This document shows positions 46,718-58,100 of a stretch of 64,000 nt of DNA, piece after piece. This stretch comes from Gammaproteobacteria bacterium (lineage in GTDB: Bacteria > Pseudomonadota > Gammaproteobacteria > JABABF01), in the NCBI GenBank assembly GCA_965237805.1, contig OZ250153.1:704001-768000 (forward strand), given 5' to 3'. Made by a program: the position numbers and the translations under genes. The notes below the pieces were generated by a model. It saw nothing but the letters and a program-made list of their open reading frames with translations. It did not search any database and was not told the DNA's origin. The stretch's first letter is position 1; the number at the start of each line of letters is the position of its first letter.

Positions 46718-47908
46718 TCACTTGAGAATCTTGCTCACCACCCCCGCGCCAACCGTGCGCCCGCCCTCTCGCACCGCAAAGCGCAGGCCTTCGGCCATGG
46801 CGATGGGAGCGATCAACTGGACGCTGATACTGACGTTGTCACCCGGCATCACCATCTCGACATTGTCGGGCAGTGTGACTGCGCCTGTGATGTCGGTGGT
46901 GCGAAAGTAGAACTGCGGGCGATAGCCTTTGAAGAATGGCGTGTGGCGCCCACCTTCATCTTTGGTCAGCACATAGATCTCCGCCTCGAACTCTGTGTGC
47001 GGCGTGATCGAACCCGGCGCCGCCAGCACCTGGCCGCGATCCACTTCGTCGCGCTTGGTGCCGCGCAACAGCACCCCGAGGTTATCACCAGCACGCCCCT
47101 CGTCCAAAGTCTTGCGGAACATCTCCACACCGACACACGTGGTCTTGGCGGTATCTTGGATGCCGACGATCTCAAGGACATCACCCTCTTTGACCACGCC
47201 GCACTCGACGCGGCCAGTGGTGACCGTGCCGCGCCCTTGGATCGTGAACACATCCTCAATCGGCATCAGGAACGGCTTGTCGACATCGCGTTCCGGCTCG
47301 GGAATATAGTCGTCGAGCGCCGCGACCAGCTGGCGCACCGCTGGCTTGCCGTAGTCGCCGTCATCTCCTTCCAGCGCTTTCAGCGCGCTACCGATGACAA
47401 TCGGCGTGTCATCACCGGGGAACTCGTACTGTGTGAGCAGATCGCGCACCTCGAGTTCCACCAGCTCGAGCAGCTCTTCGTCATCCACCATGTCGGCCTT
47501 GTTCAGGAAGACCACGATGCGCGGCACCCCGACTTGGCGAGCCAACAGAATGTGCTCCCTAGTCTGCGGCATCGGGCCATCAGCAGCCGACACGACCAAC
47601 ACCGCGCCATCCATCTGCGCTGCGCCAGTGATCATATTCTTGACATAGTCAGCATGGCCGGGGCAGTCCACATGCGCATAGTGGCGCTGCTCGGAGTTGT
47701 ACTCCACATGCGCCGTGGCGATGGTAATGCCGCGCTCACGCTCCTCGGGAGCGTTGTCGATCTGGTCGAAAACACGCACATCGCCACCCCAAGCTTCCGC
47801 ACACACCGTGGTGAGCGCAGCCGTCAGCGTGGTCTTGCCATGGTCGACATGGCCGATGGTGCCAACATTGACATGCGGCTTGACGCGTTCAAATTTCTCT
47901 CTCGCCAT
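46718..47908 (-). CDS. tuf: Elongation factor Tu
   Basis: [28 protein letters not shown]. Confidence 0.98.
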   Translation of the reverse strand: MAREKFERVKPHVNVGTIGHVDHGKTTLTAALTTVCAEAWGGDVRVFDQIDNAPEERERGITIATAHVEYNSEQRHYAHVDCPGHADYVKNMITGAAQMDGAVLVVSAADGPMPQTREHILLARQVGVPRIVVFLNKADMVDDEELLELVELEVRDLLTQYEFPGDDTPIVIGSALKALEGDDGDYGKPAVRQLVAALDDYIPEPERDVDKPFLMPIEDVFTIQGRGTVTTGRVECGVVKEGDVLEIVGIQDTAKTTCVGVEMFRKTLDEGRAGDNLGVLLRGTKRDEVDRGQVLAAPGSITPHTEFEAEIYVLTKDEGGRHTPFFKGYRPQFYFRTTDITGAVTLPDNVEMVMPGDNVSISVQLIAPIAMAEGLRFAVREGGRTVGAGVVSKILK

Positions 47909-48011
47909 TGCCCTGAATCCTCGATTGCTTCGCTGGTGATAACTTGTACTTAATGCTAAGTTGGTGGTCACCCGCGCCGCCGCTGTGACCTACGACACCT
48001 GAGTGTCGCAA

Positions 48012-48087
<76 letters not shown>

Positions 48088-48237
48088 ATGAGTCTGGTGA
48101 GTTCGCAAGCCCGCCGCGCTTGTGGCACTAATATCACTCCATCACCGCCACCACCGCCACCACTGCTTGCCTCGCCTCCTCAAGCCGCCTCCTGTTGAAT
48201 ATCGCTCCTCGCTGTCCCCATCCGCCTGCCGCCAAGC

Positions 48238-48253
48238 CCCGCTACCCGCTTGA

Positions 48254-48266
<13 letters not shown>
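48238..48266. repeat. Perfect 14-bp inverted repeat overlapping the tRNA-Gly 3' end
   Basis: CCCGCTACCCGCTT-G-AAGCGGGTAGCGGG. Confidence 0.9.
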
Positions 48267-48325
<59 letters not shown>

Positions 48326-48410
48326 ATGACCTGACCCGCATGACCTGCTATTGCCACCATTCCCAACGGGTATCAGCCTGTCATCTGCGCCGCAACCACC
48401 CCCGTACCCA

Positions 48411-48494
48411 TGGTGGAGGGGGGTGGATTCGAACCACCGAAGCTTACGCGTCAGATTTACAGTCTGATCCCTTTGGCCACTCGGGAACCCCTCC
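48411..48494 (-). tRNA. tRNA-Tyr(GTA), CCA encoded
   Basis: GGAGGGGTTCCCGAGTGGCCAAAGGGATCAGACTGTAAATCTGA...long variable arm...CTCCACCA. Confidence 0.95.
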
Positions 48495-48580
48495 GTTACA
48501 ACGATCCCGCAACAAAGCCCCAAAAACCAAAGGAACCAGAGCAACCAAAGCAGCTCCCCAAGTACTGTGTAGAGCAAATC

Positions 48581-48609
48581 AGTATAGCATGATCTACAGC
48601 CACCCGCAA
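48581..48609 (-). promoter_or_regulatory. Promoter of the tRNA(Tyr-Gly-Thr)-tuf operon
   Basis: TTGCGG-17 bp-TATACT with a TG extended -10. Confidence 0.65.
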
Positions 48610-48756
48610 GATTGAGGGCGTTGCTTTGGAGTCCACCCTTGCATTCCGAACACCATGAGTCTAGAATGAGCTGTCTTAGCTTTGAGTGTGCTGCGGACAG
48701 TCGGCAACCACACTCCTCAAGCCAGCCACCCATCACCCCCTCCATTCATTGTTGCC

Positions 48757-49086
48757 ATGCAGTATGCGGTGATCCAAAGCGGCGGCAAACAACACTTGGT
48801 GCGCCCAGGCGATGTCTGTCAGCTGGAAAAATTGCCCGGAGAAGTGGGTGAGGAAATACAGTTCGACCGCGTGCTGATGGTCGGCAGCTCGACGGACAAC
48901 GAGGAACCAACGCATGTCGGTCGCCCCTATGTAGAGGGCTGCCGCGTCGTCGGCACGATGCTCGGCCACGGTCGCGGCGACAAGATTGAGATCCTGCGCT
49001 ACAAGCGGCGCAAGAAGTGGCGGCACCGCCAAGGGCATCGCCAACACTTCACCACAGTGCGCGTCGACACCATCTCCGTCGGCTGA
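48757..49086 (+). CDS. rplU: 50S ribosomal protein L21
   Basis: [23 protein letters not shown]. Confidence 0.96.
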   Translation: MQYAVIQSGGKQHLVRPGDVCQLEKLPGEVGEEIQFDRVLMVGSSTDNEEPTHVGRPYVEGCRVVGTMLGHGRGDKIEILRYKRRKKWRHRQGHRQHFTTVRVDTISVG

Positions 49087-49146
49087 TTGCTCTCACAGAG
49101 CAGAACGGCAGAAATAGCATAGCGGCAACCACAGGAATACAGGGCG

Positions 49147-49413
49147 ATGGCACATAAGAAAGCGGGTGGTACCACACGCAACGGACGCGACTCCGAATCT
49201 AAACGGCTCGGTGTCAAACGCTTTGGCGGCCATTTGGTGAAAGCTGGCAACATCCTAGTCCGCCAGCGCGGCACCAAATTCCACCCCGGGGAACATGTCG
49301 GCGTCGGCAATGACCACACTCTGTTCGCGCTCGTCGATGGCACGGTGCACTTCGCCCGCCGCGGCCCGCGACAGCGCCAATTCGTCGACATCCAGCCACA
49401 GCCCGTCGACTAA
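49147..49413 (+). CDS. rpmA: 50S ribosomal protein L27
   Basis: [24 protein letters not shown]. Confidence 0.97.
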   Translation: MAHKKAGGTTRNGRDSESKRLGVKRFGGHLVKAGNILVRQRGTKFHPGEHVGVGNDHTLFALVDGTVHFARRGPRQRQFVDIQPQPVD

Positions 49414-49454
49414 AGGGGGTGTTGCGCGGCCTCGCCCCGTGCGGCTTTTCTCTG

Positions 49455-50474
49455 ATGCGCTTCATCGATGAAGTCGAGATCTCAGTGTGCGCTGGCAACG
49501 GCGGCGACGGTGCGCTGAGTTTCCTGCGCGAACGACACCGGCCACGCGGCGGCCCCGACGGTGGTAACGGCGGCACGGGTGGCGATGTCAGCCTGCGTGC
49601 CGAATCCGCGCTGAACACCTTGGTCGACTACCGCCACCGCCGCCGTTTTACAGCCGAGAGCGGTAGCCGCGGCGCAGGGCGCAACTGCAACGGTGCCAGC
49701 GGCGAGGATTTGGCCTTGACCGTGCCAGTGGGCACGATCGCGCACGAGCTGGACACTGGTGAGCTGCTCGGGGATCTCAACACGGACGGTAGCCAACTGG
49801 TGGTGGCATATGGCGGCCATGGCGGACGCGGCAACGCCTGTTTTGCCAGCTCGACGACACGCGCCCCGCTCCGCGCCGAACCGGGCGGGGTCGGCGAGGA
49901 ACGGCAGCTGCGCCTCGAGCTGAGCCTGCTGGCAGATGTCGGCCTGCTGGGCCTGCCCAACGCTGGCAAATCTTCGTTGTTGGCTGCCATCTCGGCTGCC
50001 CGCCCGCGCATCGCTGACTACCCGTTCACCACCCTGTGGCCCCAGTTGGGCGTGGTGCGCGTCGGCTTGGAGAACAGCTTCGTCGTCACCGATATCCCCG
50101 GCTTGGTGCCCGGTGCCGCCGATGGCGTCGGCTTGGGGCACCGCTTCCTGCGCCACCTGCGGCGCACCCGCTTGCTGTTGCACATTGTCGATATCATGCC
50201 GACCGACGCCGCTGAGCTGGCGTCGATGGTGCGCCTGCTGGCAGCGGAGCTGGGATCTTTTGACCCGGCACTGGCAAGGCGCGAGCGCTGGCTGGTGCTG
50301 AACAAAGCCGACCTATTGGCCACCGACGAGGCACAACAGTGTCACCAGGCGCTGCTGGCCGCCTTGAATTGGCAGCAACCCTCGCATCTGGTCTCCGCCG
50401 CCACCGGCAAAGGGCTGCCAGCCCTATGCCAGGCGATGGCAGCGCGACTCGCCGAAATGGGAGCACCGCAATGA
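49455..50474 (+). CDS. obgE: GTPase ObgE/CgtA
   Basis: GGPDGGNGG, GLPNAGKS, YPFTT, DIPG, NKAD. Confidence 0.96.
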   Translation: MRFIDEVEISVCAGNGGDGALSFLRERHRPRGGPDGGNGGTGGDVSLRAESALNTLVDYRHRRRFTAESGSRGAGRNCNGASGEDLALTVPVGTIAHELDTGELLGDLNTDGSQLVVAYGGHGGRGNACFASSTTRAPLRAEPGGVGEERQLRLELSLLADVGLLGLPNAGKSSLLAAISAARPRIADYPFTTLWPQLGVVRVGLENSFVVTDIPGLVPGAADGVGLGHRFLRHLRRTRLLLHIVDIMPTDAAELASMVRLLAAELGSFDPALARRERWLVLNKADLLATDEAQQCHQALLAALNWQQPSHLVSAATGKGLPALCQAMAARLAEMGAPQ

Positions 50475-51619
50475 GCGCCGCAATGAGCGCCGAGACGACG
50501 CGCGAGCCCACGCTGCGCGACAGCCAACGCTGGGTGGTGAAGATCGGCAGCGCCCTGCTGCTGGCCGGTGATGGCGGCGGCTTGGATCGGCCAGCCATCG
50601 CCAACTGGGCCGCGCAGCTGGCAGCAGCGTGTGAGGCCGGGCGGCAGGTGGTGCTGGTCTCCTCCGGCGCAGTAGCCGAGGGCATGATTCGCCTCGGCTG
50701 GAACGAGCGCCCGCGCGAACTGGGACGCTTGCAGGCGGCGGCAGCTGTCGGCCAGAGCGGCCTGGTCCACTGCTGGGAAGAAGCACTGGCGGCATGCGAG
50801 CAGCGCGCGGCGCAGGTATTGCTGGCGCGGGCCGACCTCGACTCGCGCCAGCGCTATCTGAACGCCCGCACCACCCTGCAAGAGCTGCTCGCTCTCGGCG
50901 TGTTGCCTGTGGTCAACGAAAACGACTCGGTCGCCACCGAGGAGATCTGCTTTGGTGATAATGACACGCTGTCCGGGCGCATCGCCAATCTGGTCGACAC
51001 CGATCTGCTGATCATCCTCAGCGACCAAGTCGGCCTGTGTGAAGCCGACCCCCGGCTGCAGCCGGATGCGGCTCTGATCGCCTCGGGCGAGGCTGGCGAG
51101 GAGCGCTTGCGCCATGCCGCTGGCAGCGGTGTGGGAGCCTTGGGACGCGGCGGCATGGCCACCAAAGTGGCAGCGGCAGAACTGGCGGCACGTAGCGGGG
51201 CGCACACCGTGATCGCCGACGGTCGCGAGCCCGACATCTTGACCCGCATCGGTGCCGGTGAGGCGCTGGGCACACTGATCCGCTCCACCCAAGAACACCC
51301 GCTGGCCGCACGCAAGCGCTGGCTCGCCAGCCTGGTCGGCGCGGGGACGCTGGAACTGGATGCTGGTGCCGTGCGCGTATTGCGCGAACAGGGGCGCAGC
51401 CTGCTACCAGTCGGGGTAACCGCCGTGCACGGTGAGTTCAGCCGCGGCGATGCCGTCAGCTGCTTGGACGCGCAGGGACAGGCAGTGGCGCGCGGCTTGG
51501 TTAACTACAGCGCCGCCGAAACGCGCGAGCTGATGGGACACAGCAGTGCCGAGATCGCCGAGCGCGGCCAGCTGCGGCAGACAGAGCTGATCCACCGCTC
51601 CAATTTGACTCTACTGTAG
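50471..51619 (+). CDS. proB: Glutamate 5-kinase
   Basis: VVKIGS, VSSGA, NEND, FGDNDTL, GGMATK, PUA domain. Confidence 0.96.
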   Translation: MSAAMSAETTREPTLRDSQRWVVKIGSALLLAGDGGGLDRPAIANWAAQLAAACEAGRQVVLVSSGAVAEGMIRLGWNERPRELGRLQAAAAVGQSGLVHCWEEALAACEQRAAQVLLARADLDSRQRYLNARTTLQELLALGVLPVVNENDSVATEEICFGDNDTLSGRIANLVDTDLLIILSDQVGLCEADPRLQPDAALIASGEAGEERLRHAAGSGVGALGRGGMATKVAAAELAARSGAHTVIADGREPDILTRIGAGEALGTLIRSTQEHPLAARKRWLASLVGAGTLELDAGAVRVLREQGRSLLPVGVTAVHGEFSRGDAVSCLDAQGQAVARGLVNYSAAETRELMGHSSAEIAERGQLRQTELIHRSNLTLL

Positions 51620-51646
51620 CCCCGGTCAAGCGCCGAGACAGCGGCA

Positions 51647-52399
51647 TCACTGCGCGGCGTCAGCCCCGCCGCCAGGTGCCCAGCTGCCGGGCACGACACC
51701 ACCCGTCAGCTCCTCGATACGCAACATCCAAGCCGACACCCGTTCGCTCTCGGCGATCAAGCCACCACCCTCACGACTGTCGCGCACACAGCCAATCTCG
51801 GCGTAGACGCTGAGGTCAGCCAGCGTCAGCGCATCGCCGACTAGCCAATCGCTACCCTGCAGGCGTGCGTCCAACGACATGATCTGGCGGCGCAGGTCTT
51901 TCAACACATGCTCGTGGGTCTTGCGCCCTAGGCCTTGCCCCGCAATGATCTTGCGGATGCCCCCGGGAATCAGGCGCGTCATCAGCTTGCGGAACCACGG
52001 TTTGTCGACATGTAGCATGCGCGGCAGGTTGCGTTCGGCATTGTGCGGCTGTGCGAAGCGAAAATACATCTCGTAGAAATAGAGACTCTCGTCGGCCCAA
52101 TCCTCCAGCATGTGCACCAATCCGCGCTGGCGCGGATCGTTGGGCAGCAACGGGCGCTGCGGAAACTGCTCTTCCAGATATTCGGCGATGTCGGTGGAAT
52201 CGCCGATGAATTTTCCGTTGTGTTCCAAGCAGGGCAACTTGCCCGCCGAATAGAGCGTGCGGATTTCTTTGCGGGCCGCCATCGGGTACTCGCGCACCTC
52301 GTAGTCCAGCTGCTTGAAGTGCAGGATGCGCCGCACCTTGTCGCACATGGGCGAGATCAAGAACTGGTGCAGGATCAGCGTGTTGTTTGGAAGGTCCAT
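51647..52399 (-). CDS. Glutathione S-transferase family protein
   Basis: ISPMCDKVR, GKLP, DSTDI, LEDWADE, TLADL. Confidence 0.88.
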   Translation of the reverse strand: MDLPNNTLILHQFLISPMCDKVRRILHFKQLDYEVREYPMAARKEIRTLYSAGKLPCLEHNGKFIGDSTDIAEYLEEQFPQRPLLPNDPRQRGLVHMLEDWADESLYFYEMYFRFAQPHNAERNLPRMLHVDKPWFRKLMTRLIPGGIRKIIAGQGLGRKTHEHVLKDLRRQIMSLDARLQGSDWLVGDALTLADLSVYAEIGCVRDSREGGGLIAESERVSAWMLRIEELTGGVVPGSWAPGGGADAAQ

Positions 52400-52427
52400 G
52401 GTGTGCCCCTAGCTGGTGGGAAGCTCG

Positions 52428-52928
52428 TCATTCTATACCCTCTGCGGGCACTAACGGCAGACCCATCACCGCACGTAGCTGCGCTGCATCGTGGGGGCCG
52501 AGCAGCGTGTGCTGCAATCGCCCCTGCGGGTCCAACAAGAAGGTGGTCGGCACGGCACGAATCACCGACAGCCGCAAGGCTGGCCCCGGATCCTCCGCCA
52601 ACACGGGGAAATTAATGCCGAGCGCAGCCATATCAGCCAATAGCCGGTGCCCCTGCTGTCCGTCCAGATTGACTCCCAACACCAACAGCTGCCCGGCGCT
52701 CTCGACCGCCAAGCGATTCAGTTCTGGCACCTCCTCCGCGCAGGGGGCGCACCAAGCGGCCCAATAGTTGAGTACCACCCATCGCCCGCGCCATTGGGCA
52801 CTGTCGAGCATGACACCGTGAGCATCTCGGAACAGCGGTGCCAGCTGGGGCAGCTCGGTGGAGCAGGCTCCCAGAGACAGCAGCGCGGCCACCAAGACCG
52901 GCAATAGGGCACGGCAAGATTGAGACAA
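52428..52928 (-). CDS. TlpA-family thiol:disulfide oxidoreductase lipoprotein
   Basis: Lipobox LGAC, LNYWAAWCAPC.EE.P, VPTTF; start uncertain. Confidence 0.85.
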   Translation of the reverse strand: MSQSCRALLPVLVAALLSLGACSTELPQLAPLFRDAHGVMLDSAQWRGRWVVLNYWAAWCAPCAEEVPELNRLAVESAGQLLVLGVNLDGQQGHRLLADMAALGINFPVLAEDPGPALRLSVIRAVPTTFLLDPQGRLQHTLLGPHDAAQLRAVMGLPLVPAEGIE

Positions 52929-53007
52929 AGCAGTGGCGAGACAAGAGCAAAAGCGTGGATAGAGTTTAATGCGCGGGAGGATTTCTCGGGGAAGGAGTGT
53001 GGCGCTG

Positions 53008-53712
53008 ATGAATCGATGGCGGGTCAAGGCTGCCCTCAGCTGGCTGCCAGCAACCCTGTTGCTGGCCAGCTGTGGCATCGGAGCGGAGCGAGCAGCACCG
53101 AGAGAGCCACTGTCGCCGCTGGCACTGGACACTCATATCCTCGCCTTCGGCGATAGCCTGACCGCGGGCATTGGGGCGGCACCGGGCCAAGATTATCCAG
53201 CGCAGCTGGCACAGCTGATCGACCGCATTGTCATCCGGGCCGGCATCAGCGGAGAAACGACGCAAGCGGCCGTGAAACGGCTGGAGCCACTGCTACAAGC
53301 ACACCGGCCAGATCTGCTATTGCTGTGTAGCGGGGCCAATGATTTCCTGCGCGGGCTACCGGCAGAACAAGCAGAACGAAACTTGGAGCAGATGGTGGAG
53401 CTGGCGCAACGCCACCGTGTGCCCACCGTGCTGATCGGCGTGCCAAAACTCGATGGAGCATTCCTGCACAGACGAGGTGCAGAGCGCGGCGCACCACCGC
53501 TGGCGCAGTCGGCTCCGATGTACTACCGCATCGCCGCGAAATACCAGCTGTGGCTGGAGCACAGCGCCGTCCATGCGGGGCTGACTAAAGCAGAGCTGAT
53601 CGACAACGCCAGCCGCCACCCCAATGCCCGCGGCTACCAGTACTTCGCCGAATCGATCGCCCAGCTGCTGGTGCGGGCGGGTGCGCTGCGACGCGAGGAG
53701 CTACGGCGCTAG
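53008..53712 (+). CDS. SGNH/GDSL arylesterase-like lipoprotein
   Basis: AAGGAG RBS, lipobox LASC, FGDSLT, GISG, GAND, HPN. Confidence 0.85.
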   Translation: MNRWRVKAALSWLPATLLLASCGIGAERAAPREPLSPLALDTHILAFGDSLTAGIGAAPGQDYPAQLAQLIDRIVIRAGISGETTQAAVKRLEPLLQAHRPDLLLLCSGANDFLRGLPAEQAERNLEQMVELAQRHRVPTVLIGVPKLDGAFLHRRGAERGAPPLAQSAPMYYRIAAKYQLWLEHSAVHAGLTKAELIDNASRHPNARGYQYFAESIAQLLVRAGALRREELRR

Positions 53713-53717
53713 CGCAC

Positions 53718-54619
53718 TCAATCGCCGCAGTGTTCCCGCTCGAGCTGAATGGTCGAGTGGCCGAGCCCGTAGTTGTCCTTGAGCAGGCGCTGAATCTGGG
53801 ACAGAACTCGCTGATCGTCACCGACCTCGTCCAGTAGCGCGTGCAACGTGATCAGAGGCTGCTCTTGGCTTAGACTCCAGACATGGACATGGTGCACATT
53901 GACGACACCCGGCACCGCCGCTGCGATTTCTCGCTCCAAGACGGGAATGTCGATCCCATCCGGGGCGCCCTCCAACAGCACATGCACCGACTCGCGGATG
54001 ACATACCAAGCGCTGGACACGATCAGCAAAGCGACCACCAGAGAGAGGATCGGATCGATCGGCATCCAACCCGTGAAGAGAATCACCAACGCCGCCAAGA
54101 TCGCGGCCACCGAACCCAACAGATCACCGATCACATGGATCGTTGCGCCGCGTAGGTTGAGGTTGTTGCTACCGCCACCGCGGAGGATGTGTAGCACCAC
54201 CAGATTGGCACCAAGCCGGCGAGTGCAACCGCCACCATAGTCTCGCCGATCACCGTCACCGGGGTGATGATGCGCTGCACCGCCTCGAACACAATCCAGC
54301 CGACGATGACGACCAAACTCAAACCATTGACAAAGGCCGCCAGCACCTGAAAGCGCACATAGCCATAACTGCGCTTCGAATCGGCTGGCGTGCGAGCGAG
54401 ACGAAAAGCGAGCCAAGCGAGCAACAGGGCGATGCAGTCCGTCGCCATGTGGCCAGCATCCGCCAACAGGGCAAGCGAGCCCGACAACAGGCCGCCGACC
54501 ACTTCGACGACCGCGAAGACACCGGTCAGACACATCGCCCAAAAGACGCGCCGCTCGTTGCCAGCACCGACACCGACGGCGTGGCTGTGGGCTCCACCAA
54601 GGCGGTGATCGTGGGACAT
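53718..54619 (-). pseudogene. CDF family Zn/Co/Cd efflux transporter (ZitB/CzcD-like), 1-nt deletion near 54209
   Basis: SLALLADAGHM..D and SYGY.R in ORF 54131-54619; NLNLRGA..HVIGDLLGS and LLEGAP in the other frame; one added base restores about 300 aa. Confidence 0.85.
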
Positions 54620-54743
54620 CTCGGTGCCACCCTCCTGCGGGCGACTCTCGGTACGGCAATCATAACTGGCGCGCCGAGGGCGGTGCCAGCGCCTGCGCTG
54701 CCGAGGCTAAAATGGCTGCCTGCCACCACCACAGCACACGACA

Positions 54744-55103
54744 ATGCAGATGGACACCACACTCACCCTGTACCACAACCCGCGCTGCTCTAAATCTCGC
54801 CAAGCGCTGGCCCTGTTGCAAGCGCGCGGTGTCGAGCCGCGCATCGTGCTCTATTTGGAAGATCCCCTTGATGCCAAAGCACTGCGCCGCCTGTTACGGC
54901 AACTCGGACTCGGCGCACGCGAGCTATTGCGCGGCAACGAAAGCGCCGCCCGCGAGCGCGGACTCAAGCGATCGGAACTGGGGGAGGACGAGCTGATTGC
55001 CGCCATGGCCGAGGAGCCCAAGCTGATCCAGCGCCCCATCGCCGTGCGCGGCGACAAGGCCGTGCTGGGACGACCGCCAGAACAGGTGCTGGAATTGCTC
55101 TAG
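54744..55103 (+). CDS. arsC: ArsC family reductase (glutaredoxin-dependent type)
   Basis: YHNPRCSKSR, LIQRPI, LGRPPE. Confidence 0.85.
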   Translation: MQMDTTLTLYHNPRCSKSRQALALLQARGVEPRIVLYLEDPLDAKALRRLLRQLGLGARELLRGNESAARERGLKRSELGEDELIAAMAEEPKLIQRPIAVRGDKAVLGRPPEQVLELL

Positions 55104-58100
55104 GGCAGGGTCGGCTCAGCTGGACTGGTGCTGGCAGGCAATGGTTGCGGCACCTCTGCCCCCAGCCGTAGCGTCCGACGCAGCAGTTGCTTGGGCAATT
55201 TCTGCAGATCGGTCAGCACCACATAGAGGCAGGGCAGCAAGATCAGCGTGATCAGCGTCGCAAACACCACGCCAAAGGCCAGCGACACCGCCATCGGGAT
55301 GACATAGCGCGCCTGGGCGCTGCGCTCGACCATAATCGGCATCAAGCCGACAAAAGTGGTCAGCGAGGTCAGCATGATGGCGCGGAAACGCCGCCTAGAA
55401 GCCGCCACCGCCGCCTTGATGGGGGACATCCCTTGCTCGCGCACGGCGCGGTTGATAAAGTCCACCAACAACAGCCCATCGTTCACCACCACACCAGCGA
55501 CGGCGATCATGCCGAACAGCGACAGCATACTGACCGCCAAGCCGAGGACCAGATGCCCAATAATCGCGCCGATGATGCCAAAAGGAATCGCCCCCATGAT
55601 CAGCAGCGGCTGGGCATAGGAACGCAGCGGCACCGCGATCAAGCAGTAGTTAGCCAACATCGACAGCAGGAATCCGATCAGCAAGAACCGCACCATTTCT
55701 GTCTCGTCTTCGCTCTCCTCGCCGAGGGCGAATTCCACATTGAAATCGCGCTCTAAACGCTCGTTCAGCGCATCGTAGACCAGCTTGACTGCTTGCCCGC
55801 CGGAAATTTTTGAGGCTTCGACATTGGCTGTCACACGCAAGGCAGAAATCCCGTCGACCCGTACCAGCTGCGACGGACCGGGTCTGACATCCAAATCGGC
55901 CACCGCCGACAGCGGCACGGTCTCCCCTGTGTTGTTGCGCACATGCATGTTCTGCAGCGTGGCGAGACTCTCGCGATCGCCGCGCGGATAGCGCACCCAC
56001 ACCCGCACCTCATCGTTGCCGCGCTGCACACGCTGCACCTCGTAGCCTTGGAAAGCGTGGCGCACCTGATTGGCAACATCGGCCAGCGGCAGACCCAGAA
56101 CCTCCGCCGCCTCGCGGCTGCTCAGCACAATCTCATCGTTGCGCACACTGATGTCGCTACGCTGATCGATCACCCCGTCGATGGAAGCGAGTTCCTTCTC
56201 GACCAAGACAGCGGCCTCCTCCAAGAGTGCGCGATCCTCCCCTTTGAGCAACACCGCGATATCCGAACTGCCGCCCGGCCCTCCTTGGGCGTCGGTGTAA
56301 ATCAACACCTTGGCACCGGGGATCTGTCCCACGGTCTCGCGCCACTGGTTGAGCAAAGTGTGGCCATCGATGCTGCGCTCTTCATTGGGGACCAATTCGA
56401 CCCAGATCTCACCTTCTAGAGAGTTTTTACCAAGGGCGCGCACCACGTGCAAGAGCCGCTCACCGGTCTGCTCATAGTGACGCTTGTCGATGTCCCACAG
56501 TGCCTGCTCGATGTAGTTCAAGTGCTTCGCCGTAGTTGGCCCAGGTGTGCCGTCGACCATCTCCAGAGTGGCCACCACGAAATCGCCGGGAAATTTCTCG
56601 ACCAACACGAGGCGCACAATGCCGCCCAACACCAGCCCCAAGGACAGGATGAAGACCCCCGTGAAGATGGCGGCGACGGTATAGCGTCGCTCGATGCAGT
56701 AACGCAGGAAAGGCTGGTGAACATTGTGCAGATAGCGATCCAACTGGCCGTTGCACCAAGCCTGCATGCGGCGCACCGGTGCCAGCCACTCGGCCGAAGA
56801 AGGGCGCGTATGCGCCAAGTGCGCTGGCAGAATCCACTTCGATTCCAGCAGCGAAAACAGCAGACAGAGAATGACCGTCAAGCCGATCTCTCGCGGGAAA
56901 GCGGCAAAACGCCCCTCGACCATAATCGTCGGCAGAAAGGCCACCACCGTCGTCAGCACGCCAAAAGTCGCTGGCACAGCTACCCGCTTGACGCCGGCGA
57001 TCACCGTGTCCACGCTGTGTCCGCGTTGCTCCACCGATCGATAGGCACTCTCCCCGACGATGATCGCATCGTCGACGACGATGCCGAGCACCAAAATCAT
57101 CGCGAACAAGCTCAGCAGATTGATGGTGACATTGAAGGGGTCTTGCCCCATCACCGCAAAGGCTCCCAAAAAGCTGATCGGCAGACCGAGCATCACCCAG
57201 AAGGCCAGCTTGAGATCGATGAACAGCGACAGCACCAAAAAAACCAGCAGGGCACCGAGCAGCATATTCTTTCTCATCATAGAGAGGCGGTCTTTGAGAT
57301 AGGTGCTGACATCGGCCCAAAAGGCCAGCCCCACGCCATCGGGCAGAGATTTCTTGGCCTGCTCCGCATAGGCGCGCGCGGCATTGGCCATCTCCACCAC
57401 ATCGGTGTTGTTGCTGATTGCCTCGACCTCTAGGCCGATCGCTGGCTGGCGGTTGAAAGAGGACACCTGATACTCACCGTCCTCGACGAAACCGTCGTGC
57501 ACGGTGGCGATGTCACCGAGCCGCAGCTGTGTGCCATCCGGGAAAGACAACAGCTGCACTTCCTCGAACTGCTGTTGATTCCGTCGGCGCCCGCTGGCCT
57601 GCACCAGCACATCACCATTGGTGGTGCGCACCGCCCCGCCGGGTAAATCGATCGAGGCGCGTGCCAATGCCAGCCCGACATCTTGCAAACTCAGCTGGTA
57701 TTTGCGCAGCGCATACTCATCCAATTCAATGCTGATTTCATAGTCGTGCGCACCGCGTATCCGCACCTTGTGGATCTCCGGCAGACGCAGCAGCTCGTCT
57801 TCGATGCGATCGGCCTGCTCGCGCAGCAAGACCGGGTCGACATCACCGTACAGCGTCAGCTCGCTGATCGGCACCGTCGGCACGATGCGCTCGACGACAG
57901 GCACCTCCAAATCGCGCGGGAAGCTCGGCACCGAATCGATGGCACTGCGCACCTCGGCCTGCACAGCGACGACATCGAAGTTCGGCTCCACCTGCAGGTA
58001 GAGGAAGCCGCCGTTGCGACGGGAAACCGAGACCACTGTTTCGATCCCATCGACCGCGCGCAAAGCCTCCTCGGCGCGTAACAACACCGATTTTTCCACC

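Noticed and set aside
22125-47953. Long plus-strand ORFs opposite ribosomal, fusA, rpoB and tuf genes (e.g. 22125-23480, 31491-32624, 39945-41117, 46943-47953)
   Set aside because: Antisense shadow frames expected in GC-rich coding DNA; no recognisable motifs
48520-48580. 9-bp imperfect repeats (AACCAAAGG/AACCAGAGC/AACCAAAGC) and a boxA-like TGCTCTACACA in the tRNA operon leader
   Set aside because: Too short and degenerate; the boxA-like string overlaps the predicted transcription start; there are no spacers, so it is not CRISPR
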